IMG/VR virus record: IMGVR_UViG_3300032373_000007 | Coordinates: 1 to 62,167 of that record | DNA: 62,167 bases | From: a virus | Lineage: Duplodnaviria; Caudoviricetes | Direction: 5' to 3' (one strand) | In this document: piece by piece, positions 17,119-26,121 of the stretch | How positions within the stretch are numbered: position 1 is the stretch's first letter | Layout: the number at the start of each line of letters is the position of its first letter | Program-made: the position numbers and the translations under genes | The notes under the pieces: model-generated | What the model saw: the letters and a program-made list of their open reading frames with translations, nothing else | The model's database searches: none | What the model was told of the DNA's origin: nothing

Positions 17119-18366
17119 TCATGTCGTGAGGAAGCCCATCAGCTTCTCGGCCTGGGCATCAGTCAGGTCTGCCACTGGGGTCTTGCCGAAGCCGAGTAGC
17201 TCCCGCCCCTCCACCACTGCCGCGGCCATGTCCGGGTCAGCCTCGAAGCCAGCGACCAGCTTCTGAGCTCGCCCGAGCTCGGGGCCAGGCTCAGCTGGGG
17301 GTCGGTCAGCGAACAGGGCGCCGCTGGCCCTGGGCTCCTCCGCCTTGGCCTCGACCACCTCGGGGCGATCCTCGAGCTGCTCCCGCTCGGCCTCGTAGTC
17401 GGGGGCCTGCTCCTCGATCTGGGGCGCGCCGTTGGCCATCTCATCGACCATGTTGGCGTCATCGGGGTTGGCGTCATCGTCCACGGTCTCCCATGATGCG
17501 TCCAGGGCGTCCGCGCCCTTTTCCATCATGGCGTCGATGCTGGCCTGTCGGCCCACCTCCGGCTCGCACTCCACCCAGCTGTTGATAAGCAGCCGGTAGA
17601 ACATGGGCCCGTAGTAGCGGCCATCGTTGTCGCGCTTCTGGCCGAGCTGGCCCTGAGTGAAGCTCATGGGCACCACGTTGGCCTGCTTGAGCGCCAGCCT
17701 CACGGCCTTGCTGGTGGCGAAGCCCAGAGCCTTGTCGGTGCGGGCCTGCTCGCGGTGCGACTCCAGCACCTGGCGGACCGTGGCGTTCATGACGTTCGCG
17801 GCGATCCAGGTCCCAGCGCCGTAGGGGTAGAAGGCCCAGTCGTCGTGCTTCGTATCCCCAGCCATGCGCTCCTTGACTCGGGTCGTGATGACTCGGCAGA
17901 CGTCGGAGCGGCCATCGCCTGCCTTCTTGATGAAGGCCTGCATCAGGAGATGGTGGAGGTCGATCTGACCGGTGGCGATGATGTCGATCTTGGTGCCGTT
18001 GGCCGGGTGGCGTCCGGTCAGGCGCACATCGACCTCGATGCGGGTAGGCACGCCGCTCTCGGGGTCCTTGTAGATGCGCCGCCCCTCGCGGAGCTCGATG
18101 CCGTCGCCCGTGGCGTTGAGCTTCGGGCTCACGACCATGGGTGTAGCCTTGAAGCCGAGAGCGGCGATGATCTTGGTGACCCCAGAGCCCCACACGTCCC
18201 ACTTCGGGCGCTTGGCACTGTAGAGGTCGGGGCCCTCGATCAGGGTGATGAACTCGGAGGAGCGGCGCAGATTGCCGCCGTCGTCGGTCTCGATGACGAT
18301 GTGGCCGTCGCCAGCCTGCACGAGGGCGCGGCGGGTCTGTCGGGTGGTCTGAAGTTCGTCGGGCAT
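17119..18366 (-). CDS. hypothetical protein, possibly recombination/annealing related
   Basis: 415 aa with an acidic C-terminal third; function guessed only from position near the SbcC-like and UvrD genes. Confidence 0.65.
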   Translation of the reverse strand: MPDELQTTRQTRRALVQAGDGHIVIETDDGGNLRRSSEFITLIEGPDLYSAKRPKWDVWGSGVTKIIAALGFKATPMVVSPKLNATGDGIELREGRRIYKDPESGVPTRIEVDVRLTGRHPANGTKIDIIATGQIDLHHLLMQAFIKKAGDGRSDVCRVITTRVKERMAGDTKHDDWAFYPYGAGTWIAANVMNATVRQVLESHREQARTDKALGFATSKAVRLALKQANVVPMSFTQGQLGQKRDNDGRYYGPMFYRLLINSWVECEPEVGRQASIDAMMEKGADALDASWETVDDDANPDDANMVDEMANGAPQIEEQAPDYEAEREQLEDRPEVVEAKAEEPRASGALFADRPPAEPGPELGRAQKLVAGFEADPDMAAAVVEGRELLGFGKTPVADLTDAQAEKLMGFLTT

Positions 18367-18419
18367 GTTGGGTCCTGTGGTTGGTCGGTGGCTTCTATTC
18401 AGCTGTGGCGTGGGTGGGT

Positions 18420-18779
18420 CTAGAACGGAATCGTGTCGACGCTCTTGGCATCCTGCGCGTACCACTCGTCCATAGTCATGGCGAACCCGCCATCGAGCAC
18501 CACGTGGCCCTCGTAGACCGCGGTCACCTGCAGGGCTGCGTCATCGTTGAACCTGTGGTTGTGGACGTAGAGGTCGACTGCTGGGGGCATGGGTCGAGGC
18601 TGGCTATAGTCGGGCTTCGGCTTGGCTGGCGCCGCAGAGAAGACAGCGCAGGGCCCATGCCGGGTGCCGTCCTCAAGTTCCAGGATGCACCCAAGCCAGC
18701 GGGCCTGAACGATGCCGAGGTTCTGTTCTCCCATGAGGGAGACGAGCCAGGGGGTGAAGGGTGGAAGGTACTCGGGCAT
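18420..18779 (-). CDS. hypothetical protein ending in DTIPF
   Basis: CACAGGAGCCGACC-ATG; SSB-tail-like C-terminus. Confidence 0.65.
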   Translation of the reverse strand: MPEYLPPFTPWLVSLMGEQNLGIVQARWLGCILELEDGTRHGPCAVFSAAPAKPKPDYSQPRPMPPAVDLYVHNHRFNDDAALQVTAVYEGHVVLDGGFAMTMDEWYAQDAKSVDTIPF

Positions 18780-18794
18780 GGTCGGCTCCTGTGG

Positions 18795-18956
18795 TCATCG
18801 TCGGGGGCTGGCGGCGTCTTCCATGGCCTGCACTTCCCAGTCGGAGAGGCAGGCTTCGGGAAGTCCAGGGGTGAGGTAGCGGGGGCGGTTGGGTGGTGGG
18901 CGCGGGGGCTGCTTGTCGAGCTTGGCCCAGAGCTCCTCCCATGCTTGGCGGGTCAT
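18795..18956 (-). CDS. small hypothetical protein
   Basis: ATGA overlap with the regulator stop. Confidence 0.45.
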   Translation of the reverse strand: MTRQAWEELWAKLDKQPPRPPPNRPRYLTPGLPEACLSDWEVQAMEDAASPRR

Positions 18957-19618
18957 GCTGAGAAGTCGGCGCTGGCCTTGTTGATCGCGTCCTCCAGCAT
19001 GGCGAGCATCTCCGGGGCGATGGCTGCGCCCTTGTTCTCGTGGATGGACCAGGCTTGCCTCGTGAACCCCGCGAACATGGCGCACTGATCCTGGGTCAGG
19101 CCCTTGGAGAGGCGCATCTCGCGGAGAGTCTTCGGCTTGGGCGCCGGCACAGGGCCATCGCTGGCGTACTTGCGGCCCTCTGAGGTGAGGACCAGGCGGT
19201 CATCGTCGGTGAACCCCCTCTTGACCACCACGAAGCCCTGCAGCATGAGACGGTTGAGGATGTGGTCAGCGCTCCGCAGCTCGCCGTAGACAGACCGAAG
19301 CCTGGCCATGGTGGCGGGGATGGTTGGGGTCTCGCTCTGGATCCAGCGGAGCAGCTGCGCGTCGCCTTCGAGGAGCACCGGGCTGAAGATCTCGCTGGGG
19401 TCCACGCCCAGGGCCTTGAGCGCAGCCACCAGATCCTTGGGCTGGAGCGAGCGGGTGGTCCCGCCGACTCCGAGCGGGTTGGTGCGCCGGTAGCCGGTGG
19501 TGGTGTGCCAGCCGATGACTTCGCAGGCAGCAGCGACTGATCCGCACGTCCGCTCCATGATGGCGCGGAGGCGGACTCTGCGCTCATTGGCGGTGTTGAC
19601 AGGTGGGAAGGTGGGCAT
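18953..19618 (-). CDS. multi-HTH transcriptional regulator (C-terminal XRE HTH)
   Basis: LREMRLSKGLTQDQCAMFAGFTRQAWSIHENKG; N-terminal SVAAACEVIGWHTTTGYRR HTH-like; central winged-helix-like segment. Confidence 0.8.
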   Translation of the reverse strand: MPTFPPVNTANERRVRLRAIMERTCGSVAAACEVIGWHTTTGYRRTNPLGVGGTTRSLQPKDLVAALKALGVDPSEIFSPVLLEGDAQLLRWIQSETPTIPATMARLRSVYGELRSADHILNRLMLQGFVVVKRGFTDDDRLVLTSEGRKYASDGPVPAPKPKTLREMRLSKGLTQDQCAMFAGFTRQAWSIHENKGAAIAPEMLAMLEDAINKASADFSA

Positions 19619-19642
19619 GGTCGGGGCTCCTGTGGTCGGTTC

Positions 19643-19671
19643 AACTTAGCCATTGTGGCACACCCGCGCAA
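19643..19671 (-). promoter_or_regulatory. sigma70-like promoter with operator (P6)
   Basis: TTGCGC-17 nt-TAAGTT; operator GCCATTGTGGC; directly upstream of the HTH regulator. Confidence 0.8.
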
Positions 19672-19692
19672 GCGTGGGCGTGCCATGGGAGC

Positions 19693-22041
19693 CTACTCTG
19701 CGTCGCTGTCGAGGGTCAGCGTCATGCGGATGCCGAGGCGCTTGGCGCTGCGTGCTGCCTCGGGCCAGAGTTTGAGGTGGCAGGAAAGGAAGCGGGCAGC
19801 CTTAGCCTCCTCTACTGCGGCGTTCCTGGGCTGGAGCGCCTCGATCTGCTCCTGCAGCCTCATGTTCTCGGCCTGGAGGGCGTCGCGAGTGTGGGCAAGG
19901 GTGCAGATGGCGTCCCCGACAGCCTTGTCGATTCGCTCCTGCACAGATGGCGTCCTGCTGGCGTCGTCCAGGACGTCGTCGCAGTCGACGCTGGGGAACT
20001 CGACCGCCCGCGCGCGGACAGCCCTGTTGAACCACCCTGCCCGGAACATCGGCTCCGCACCGGGGTCAGGCGGCAGGAAGGGCGGGGCCTTGCTCACCGT
20101 CGGCTGCTCGTTGCCCCACGGATGGCCGGTGATCTCGGACCAGCGGGCCTCGATGTCGTCGATGAGGCACCATGCTTCGCTACGGACTGTGCTGGCGGAC
20201 ATGACGTCGTGGGCGTCGGCGAGCTGGGCAGGGTCATCCTGGTGCTGCACCATCTCCTTGGCATGGGCGTACCTGTACTCCGCACGCAGCAGCTGCGCCC
20301 AGGTGGGGCCGGGCGGGGGCGGGTCATCGTCCACCAGAGCAGCCAGGGCCTCGTCGGGGGCAGGGGGCTCCTCGATGACCTCCTCCAGCTCCGGGCAGCG
20401 CACGCACGGGCCCTCGTCGTAGCCGTCGGAGATGGTGCCTGTGTCGTTGCAGAAGCCGCACTCCTCAGCAGCAGGCCCCTCCGGACCCGGGTCCTCCGGC
20501 GCTTCCACCAGGTCCGGCTGAGGCACCATCGGCGACGCGCCAAGGATGGCGTTCAGCTCTCGGGCGATGCGGGCCATGGCACCGGGGCGGATCTTGATGC
20601 GGGCGTGGTCCTGGAGCTCGCGGAGGCGGGCCACTGCGTCCTTGGTCAGGGTGTAGCCGGCTGCGTGGTCGATCTTCTCGATGGCGCGCTCGTGGGCCTC
20701 CATGTCTCGACGCACGGCCACCTGGAAGCTGTCTGTGCTGTTGTCGTGGAGGCAGGTGAGGGCATCCATGGTCTCGGTGGCGCGCACCACGGCGATGCGC
20801 TCGGTGGTGGTCTTGGCGGTGCCCCATGGGTCCATGATGTCGGGGTCCTCGATCGCATCGTAGCGCTCGTCTTCGTCGGCATCGGTCGCAGAGTCATCGA
20901 GCAGGCCACCCAGAGGCGAGGAGTCCTCCGCTTCCCACCCAGCGGCCCAGCCCTTGCGCTGCTCGTCGTCGGTGTAGGGGTTGGCATCGAGGGGCTCGCT
21001 TGCCTTGTGGGAGGCGCGGCCCTCAGCCATGGTGCGGGCGCTGATCTCGTGGGGCTGCTCGGGGCAGTAGGCGTCTGCGTAGTCGGCAGCCCGGGTCAGG
21101 GTCTCAGCACTCGCGAATTCGCCAACCACGGGCGGCTCGGGGTCCATCGCTGCGGCCCCTGCCGCCTCATCCCACCCGCGGAGCCATGCGGCCGGCTGGG
21201 ATGCGTCCCGCTTTGCGCCACCGAAGTGGGCCTCGCTGCCGGCGTACTCCAGGTCGTCGTCGTCGACAGTGATCTCCACCCTGGCCACCCTCCCCGGCCC
21301 CAGCAGCCGCACCAGGCGCCCGAGAGCATGTCCCAAGCGGTCCATCTGCGCCCCGGTCGGCTCCTCCGCTTCGATGACCTCCTGGATCGTCACCTCAGCC
21401 CCAGCCATGTCGGGCAGCTTGATCACGTCCCGCACCAGGTCCTTCAGGTCGTCGACCAGGAACCCATCGAGGCCGTGCGCCTTGAAGGCATCGCGGGCGC
21501 GGGTGGCTCGACGCCGAAGGGCGCCACGGGTCGCAGCTGCCACATCCTCGTCCTCGATGTGCTGGGGGGTGGCGTCCTCGAGCAGGTCGCCCTTGCTCTC
21601 CCGGATGTCGACGGGGGGTCGCTGCTCTGGGGTGTCCTCGGCCACAGTCTGGATGACTCCGCGGCCATCCTTCTCGTAGGCGTCGGAGGCAGCAACGGAC
21701 ACGCCGACGCCGTCCGCAGCCTCAGAGCCATCAGACTCGAAGAGGCGGAAGGTGTCGCCAGCCCGGACGGACATGAACGGCACATCGAACCACTCGCCCT
21801 CACGCTGCACTTGGGCCTTGCGGTCACGGATGGGGGGGCTCTCCGGCAGTTCGTCCTCCACCTCGGTCAGGGGGTAGTCCCAGGGCAGGGAGATGGTCTC
21901 CCCTTCGGGGGTGCTGACGGCGCGGAAGCGCTCGGAACTGTGGGGCTCGGCGAGTTCGTCGCCGGCGATCACGAGGTCGCCTTTGATGGTGGCGTAGGAC
22001 TGGCCAGGGATGGCGTCTCGGGCTTCGATGGTCGTAGGCAT
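19693..22041 (-). CDS. large acidic mosaic protein
   Basis: 782 aa; WxxGW motifs, CGFCNDTG...CVRC zinc finger, C-terminal coiled coil. Confidence 0.75.
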   Translation of the reverse strand: MPTTIEARDAIPGQSYATIKGDLVIAGDELAEPHSSERFRAVSTPEGETISLPWDYPLTEVEDELPESPPIRDRKAQVQREGEWFDVPFMSVRAGDTFRLFESDGSEAADGVGVSVAASDAYEKDGRGVIQTVAEDTPEQRPPVDIRESKGDLLEDATPQHIEDEDVAAATRGALRRRATRARDAFKAHGLDGFLVDDLKDLVRDVIKLPDMAGAEVTIQEVIEAEEPTGAQMDRLGHALGRLVRLLGPGRVARVEITVDDDDLEYAGSEAHFGGAKRDASQPAAWLRGWDEAAGAAAMDPEPPVVGEFASAETLTRAADYADAYCPEQPHEISARTMAEGRASHKASEPLDANPYTDDEQRKGWAAGWEAEDSSPLGGLLDDSATDADEDERYDAIEDPDIMDPWGTAKTTTERIAVVRATETMDALTCLHDNSTDSFQVAVRRDMEAHERAIEKIDHAAGYTLTKDAVARLRELQDHARIKIRPGAMARIARELNAILGASPMVPQPDLVEAPEDPGPEGPAAEECGFCNDTGTISDGYDEGPCVRCPELEEVIEEPPAPDEALAALVDDDPPPPGPTWAQLLRAEYRYAHAKEMVQHQDDPAQLADAHDVMSASTVRSEAWCLIDDIEARWSEITGHPWGNEQPTVSKAPPFLPPDPGAEPMFRAGWFNRAVRARAVEFPSVDCDDVLDDASRTPSVQERIDKAVGDAICTLAHTRDALQAENMRLQEQIEALQPRNAAVEEAKAARFLSCHLKLWPEAARSAKRLGIRMTLTLDSDAE

Positions 22042-22082
22042 CAGGAGAGCTCCTGTGGGTCGGTGGCTGGGATGTTGAGGGC

Positions 22083-22535
22083 TCAAACGTTGTCGAAGGC
22101 GATGGTGATGCGGGTGCCGGCCGGGACGGTCTCCAACCAGCGGTGAAGCTCATGTTCCGAGATCTGCTCGGGCCAGTCCGCTGCCAGTAGTTCCTCCGCC
22201 GTGAACCACGTCCAGTATGTGAGATCGTCTGCATCGCAGGCCGGGCAGTCGAAGTCGTGCCAGCCATGGTCCTGGCGACCGTAGCGGGCCATCACCTCGT
22301 GGTGCGCATCGGGGCTGAATCCGGCGGAGGTGCCGCGCAGGGGGAACGCCTGCAGTTCGGGCCTACGAACGCCAGCCAGCCAGCCGTACAGGGTGTAGGA
22401 CCTGCTACTCAGCCACGGGTCTGGGATCTCGTTCGAGTCAGGCGGACAGACCCACCCATCCAGCAGGCTGTGTGCTGGTCGCCAGATACCGTCGGCGCCC
22501 AGCGCTTCCGGGTAGATGTGGATATCGGCGCCCAT
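22083..22535 (-). CDS. phage hypothetical protein (MGADIH...RSYTLYGWLAGVR)
   Basis: First gene after P7; AAGGAG RBS. Confidence 0.7.
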   Translation of the reverse strand: MGADIHIYPEALGADGIWRPAHSLLDGWVCPPDSNEIPDPWLSSRSYTLYGWLAGVRRPELQAFPLRGTSAGFSPDAHHEVMARYGRQDHGWHDFDCPACDADDLTYWTWFTAEELLAADWPEQISEHELHRWLETVPAGTRITIAFDNV

Positions 22536-22561
22536 GGTCGGTGGCTCCTTGTTGCCTCCTA

Positions 22562-22590
22562 TCCTTAGCCGCACTGGCTACTCCGCGCAA
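22562..22590 (-). promoter_or_regulatory. sigma70-like promoter with operator (P7)
   Basis: TTGCGC-17 nt-TAAGGA; operator TAGCCGCACTGGCTA. Confidence 0.75.
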
Positions 22591-22679
22591 GCTGAATAGC
22601 TCCGAATCGCCAGCACCACGACCGGGTGTGTCCGAGTGCATCACATGGTAGACTGTGCAGGATACGCCTGGAGGAGCCG

Positions 22680-22973
22680 GTGGCGCCACTCAGAGCCCCG
22701 AACCACGCAGGCGGCGCCAAGACCCTCAGCGACGAGCTGCAGCAGCTTGCAGACCAGGCAGCGCTCGACGACGACGACCGGGGCCGGCGCATCGCTGAAC
22801 TGGCTGCTCGCCTCGGGCTGGCCGCCTACCACCTGCACGTGCGCCTCGACCGCTTGCAGGGGCGGGAGCGCAGCCTGCGGGCCTTCACCCTTGCCCTGCT
22901 TGGCGTGTGGGTCGTGTCCCTGTGCACGGCGGCGGCCATCACAGCGCTGCACGTCTGGGGGCACGGCGGATAG
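22680..22973 (+). CDS. coiled-coil protein with C-terminal transmembrane helix
   Basis: GGAGGAG RBS before GTG 22680; upstream TGgTAGACT extended -10-like element; hydrophobic C-terminus. Confidence 0.6.
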   Translation: MAPLRAPNHAGGAKTLSDELQQLADQAALDDDDRGRRIAELAARLGLAAYHLHVRLDRLQGRERSLRAFTLALLGVWVVSLCTAAAITALHVWGHGG

Positions 22974-22975
22974 GG

Positions 22976-23320
22976 CTACGGTGCTGGCTTCGCGACCTTG
23001 GAGTCAGCGAGGATCTGCAGCTGCCCGGCCCTGACAAAGACGTGCAGGCGACACTTGCTGGGCTGGCCGCTGGGATTCGAGAGGTAGCTCGGGCTCAGCG
23101 TGATCGCCCCAACAGACTCCTCACCATCAATCTTCCACACGTTCTGCCCAGATGGGGTCTTTGCGGAGTTCGGCCCGAAGGGGATGGCGTGCCAGCAGTA
23201 TTCGCTCCAGCACAGGGGGCACTCGAACCACAGGCTGCGGAAGGCCTGGCCACCGTCTTGGAATGTGTGGAACCTGGCACGCAGCCTCGGGTCCGTGAGG
23301 GCGATAGTGTTTACAGCCAT
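22976..23320 (-). CDS. DUF6527-like Cys/His protein
   Basis: FECPLC...H...W.IDG...TLSPSY...CRLHVFVRAGQLQ. Confidence 0.6.
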   Translation of the reverse strand: MAVNTIALTDPRLRARFHTFQDGGQAFRSLWFECPLCWSEYCWHAIPFGPNSAKTPSGQNVWKIDGEESVGAITLSPSYLSNPSGQPSKCRLHVFVRAGQLQILADSKVAKPAP

Positions 23321-23667
23321 CGAATCCACCCCTCGGCAGCGTCTGCCAAGCGGCGCTGCTCCAGGACCTGGGCCTGGGTGGTCGCGATGCCCCGGCCGGT
23401 CTGGTAGGCAGCGACCGCGGTGGCGTCCGCCTGAAGCCAGGTCCAGACCGCCCCAAAGCTCGACGAGAGCAAGGAGGACCAGTCGGAATAGCCGTCGACG
23501 GCGGCGTCTCGGATGTCGTCGACGTCGACCTTGCTGATCACCCGAGGCGAGACAGCTGCGAACCCGCTGCGAGTCGTCGAGTAGACCCAGCCCACAACGG
23601 GGCCAGAGGCAGTCAGCTCGCGGTCGATGTGCAGGCCGTTGATGTCGGGGTCAGCGCCTTGTCCCAT
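23311..23667 (-). CDS. hypothetical protein
   Basis: GGAG RBS; coupled to the next gene. Confidence 0.55.
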   Translation of the reverse strand: MGQGADPDINGLHIDRELTASGPVVGWVYSTTRSGFAAVSPRVISKVDVDDIRDAAVDGYSDWSSLLSSSFGAVWTWLQADATAVAAYQTGRGIATTQAQVLEQRRLADAAEGWIRWL

Positions 23668-23682
23668 AAAAACTCCGGTGGC

Positions 23683-23937
23683 TCAGTGGCCGTGTGTCTT
23701 CTTGCGCTTGGCAGGCTTGGCATCGCGGCCCATCAGCTTGTCGAACCACGACAGCTTCGGAACCTCGATGACATCTACCACGGCCCGGACTTCATTGCCT
23801 CGGCGCCTGGGGCTCAGGGTGTCAGGATCCAGGGGGCCGACGAAGGGGGCAGCGTCCTCGAGCGAGACGCGGGCTGCCTCGATCTCCTCGGGGGTCAGAA
23901 AGAAGCACGCGGCTTCCATGACGTTGGACTGGCTCAT
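23683..23937 (-). CDS. hypothetical protein in the lysis region
   Basis: ATGA overlap at 23934-23937. Confidence 0.5.
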   Translation of the reverse strand: MSQSNVMEAACFFLTPEEIEAARVSLEDAAPFVGPLDPDTLSPRRRGNEVRAVVDVIEVPKLSWFDKLMGRDAKPAKRKKTHGH

Positions 23938-24365
23938 GGGACACTGGCCACAGATGTCGACGTCAAGGCGCTCAGGGCATCCAGGTGCCCGCTGAGGAGG
24001 GAGATAATCACCGCCAGTAGCCATGCCAGCTCCCTTGCCTTGCCAGGCGACTGCAGCCACTTGGACCACTCTATCCGGGACATGGCCGTATGCACGAGGG
24101 GCTCGAACAGCTTGCGCCAGGCCTCCAGCTCTACACCGAGGGTCTGGAGCGTCGCGGTGAGCGTCGCTCGGTCGGCGCTGGCGATCTTCATCTCCGACCG
24201 CACGTCCAGGAACAGCTTCTCGATGGTGGCGCGGCCGTCGCTGGCCAGGGCCCAGGCCTGCACGGACTTGACGGCCTCTCGGTGCTCGCTGTCGGGTGGT
24301 AGGTGAGCCAGGATCGGGATGAGTCGATCGTTGGCCTCCACGCCGCTGGTGATGTCGGCGGGCAT
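23934..24365 (-). CDS. membrane-associated lysis-region protein
   Basis: Follows the endolysin; hydrophobic LAWLLAVIISLL near the C-terminus. Confidence 0.55.
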   Translation of the reverse strand: MPADITSGVEANDRLIPILAHLPPDSEHREAVKSVQAWALASDGRATIEKLFLDVRSEMKIASADRATLTATLQTLGVELEAWRKLFEPLVHTAMSRIEWSKWLQSPGKARELAWLLAVIISLLSGHLDALSALTSTSVASVP

Positions 24366-24367
24366 GG

Positions 24368-24826
24368 CTACTCTCCGTCCGGGACGCCGACGAGCTCGAA
24401 GTGCGGCCCATCGAAGAAGCGGTGATCCTTGGTGCGGCCGTCGCCATCCCAGTCCCCGCCCCACCGCACCTCGTAGGTCATGCGGCCCTCAGCCTTGAGT
24501 CTGCGGGCCGTCTCCAGCACCTTGCCTGCGAAGAGGGCGAAGGCTGGGATGTCCTTCCAGTCGATGCCGTTGCGCACATCCACGAAGTAGGGGCCCACGT
24601 CAGCAGCCCACGAGGTCGTCCGCTTGACGCCGTCGACGTTGTGGTTGCTGTTGGGCCAGCTGACCTTGCTCCACCCCTTCCGCTTCGCCTCGTTCTGCTC
24701 TGCCTTTGGACGCTCTCCATCCAGCACCTTGCAGTCGGTGTGGACGATCACCTCGTTGAACAGAACCTGCAGGTCACCGTGGCACTCTGCGAGATGGGCA
24801 GCGGAGGATCGGGAGAAGCGTGCCAT
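24368..24826 (-). CDS. endolysin, peptidase M15 (L-Ala-D-Glu type)
   Basis: GERPKAEQ, SNHN...AAD, WGGDWDGDG, FFDGPHFEL. Confidence 0.9.
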   Translation of the reverse strand: MARFSRSSAAHLAECHGDLQVLFNEVIVHTDCKVLDGERPKAEQNEAKRKGWSKVSWPNSNHNVDGVKRTTSWAADVGPYFVDVRNGIDWKDIPAFALFAGKVLETARRLKAEGRMTYEVRWGGDWDGDGRTKDHRFFDGPHFELVGVPDGE

Positions 24827-24829
24827 AGC

Positions 24830-25060
24830 TCAGTCCTGGCCGTTCAGATCGGCGAAGGCAGCTTCGACCAGTTCCTCGCGGATCTTGTCGAGGCCAGCGT
24901 CCACGACTTGACCAAGCTCCTCGCGAGTGATCTTGGCCCCACCATCAGAGTTCTCCTCGATGGCCATGGAGACAGCCACGAGTGCGGCGCGGATGCCCTT
25001 GACGGCAGTACGGACGATGCGGCCCCAGGGAATGCGGGTGTGGCGGCGGGTCTTGGGCAT
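24830..25060 (-). CDS. small protein upstream of the endolysin (holin candidate)
   Basis: Basic N-terminus, short hydrophobic stretch, position next to the endolysin. Confidence 0.45.
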   Translation of the reverse strand: MPKTRRHTRIPWGRIVRTAVKGIRAALVAVSMAIEENSDGGAKITREELGQVVDAGLDKIREELVEAAFADLNGQD

Positions 25061-25090
25061 GGTCAGTTCCTGTGGTTGTGGTGCTGGGGT

Positions 25091-25357
25091 CTACATTCCG
25101 AGCGCAGCGGCGAACTGCCCGAAGACTGCCGAGTTGTCCGGCCCGTGCATGATGCAGTCGAGCCCTGCGCGCCTGGCAGCCTTCCACTGCCTTGGGGTGC
25201 AGCGGGCCACTGTGATGTCTTCGTGCCTGCGCCAGAGCTCGCCGCCGGCTGGGGTGAACACCGGGCCCGCCACATGGGCAGTCCTGGGCGGGCCGCGGCG
25301 AACCTCACGCAGGGCCTCGACCTGGTCACCCTCCAGAATGTAGATCAGGCGCTTCAT
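25091..25357 (-). CDS. hypothetical protein
   Basis: ATGA overlap with the upstream gene. Confidence 0.5.
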   Translation of the reverse strand: MKRLIYILEGDQVEALREVRRGPPRTAHVAGPVFTPAGGELWRRHEDITVARCTPRQWKAARRAGLDCIMHGPDNSAVFGQFAAALGM

Positions 25358-26121
25358 GCTGAGTCTGCCTCCGCCACTGTGACCTTCAGGTTGCTCACCT
25401 GGATGTCGACGTCGGTGCTGGCCACCACGGTGCCGAGAGCCGCAAGGAGCATGATCGGGTCGCCGTCGCCGCCCATCTCGCCGGAGCAGTCGTACTTGTT
25501 GTCTCGACCGTGCTCTTCCAGGTTGCTCGCAGGCTTGCGAAGCGCGCGGTAGTGGATGTGGTTCCCGACCCACCCGGTGGAGCTCCACTTCTTACTGAGA
25601 TGGATGACCACCTCGAACCAGTCGGTGTCCTTCACAGGGGACAGGCGGTCCATGCCGGCGTCGCCACCCACGTCGCCAAGCGCATCCGGTGAGGCAGAGC
25701 CTGTGTCGCCCCACCGAGGGCCAGCAGCCACGAAGGCAGCAGAAGCCAGGGCGTAGCCTGTGCCAGCGACTCCGAAGAGCAGCTGCGCACCAGAGCGGTA
25801 CAGCGTGGCCGGGTTGTCTATCTTGCCCGTGATGGTGATCACGAGACTCTTGTCGAGGTCGACTACCACGGCATCGCCGTTGGCATCGAGCAGCGGGGCA
25901 TAGCCGTGGGCGCCATCGAGGCCAGAGGCGCTCGCCTCCGTGCCCGCATCGCCGGCCACAGGGAAGGTCGTCACGCCGGCCGCGGTGGACACCGCGCCAT
26001 CGAGGATGCTGCCCGTATCGACCCAGGTGAAGGTCGCCGGGTCTGGCTCCCAGTCAGCAGCGACAGCAGCGGCAGCAGCCCCCGGCTTTGTGGGCCACGA
26101 TGGGGTTGCTGGCCAGCTCAC
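25354..26121 (-). CDS. putative virion/fibre-associated beta-rich protein
   Basis: Ala/Gly/Asp-rich; located in a late operon. Confidence 0.6.
   Translation of the reverse strand: MSWPATPSWPTKPGAAAAAVAADWEPDPATFTWVDTGSILDGAVSTAAGVTTFPVAGDAGTEASASGLDGAHGYAPLLDANGDAVVVDLDKSLVITITGKIDNPATLYRSGAQLLFGVAGTGYALASAAFVAAGPRWGDTGSASPDALGDVGGDAGMDRLSPVKDTDWFEVVIHLSKKWSSTGWVGNHIHYRALRKPASNLEEHGRDNKYDCSGEMGGDGDPIMLLAALGTVVASTDVDIQVSNLKVTVAEADSA

Noticed and set aside
19603-22146. 847-aa + strand ORF, and similar long + ORFs (14451-16418, 2813-4066, 42742-44073)
   Set aside because: Antisense shadows of - strand genes; stop codons are scarce at this GC content; no motifs or RBS
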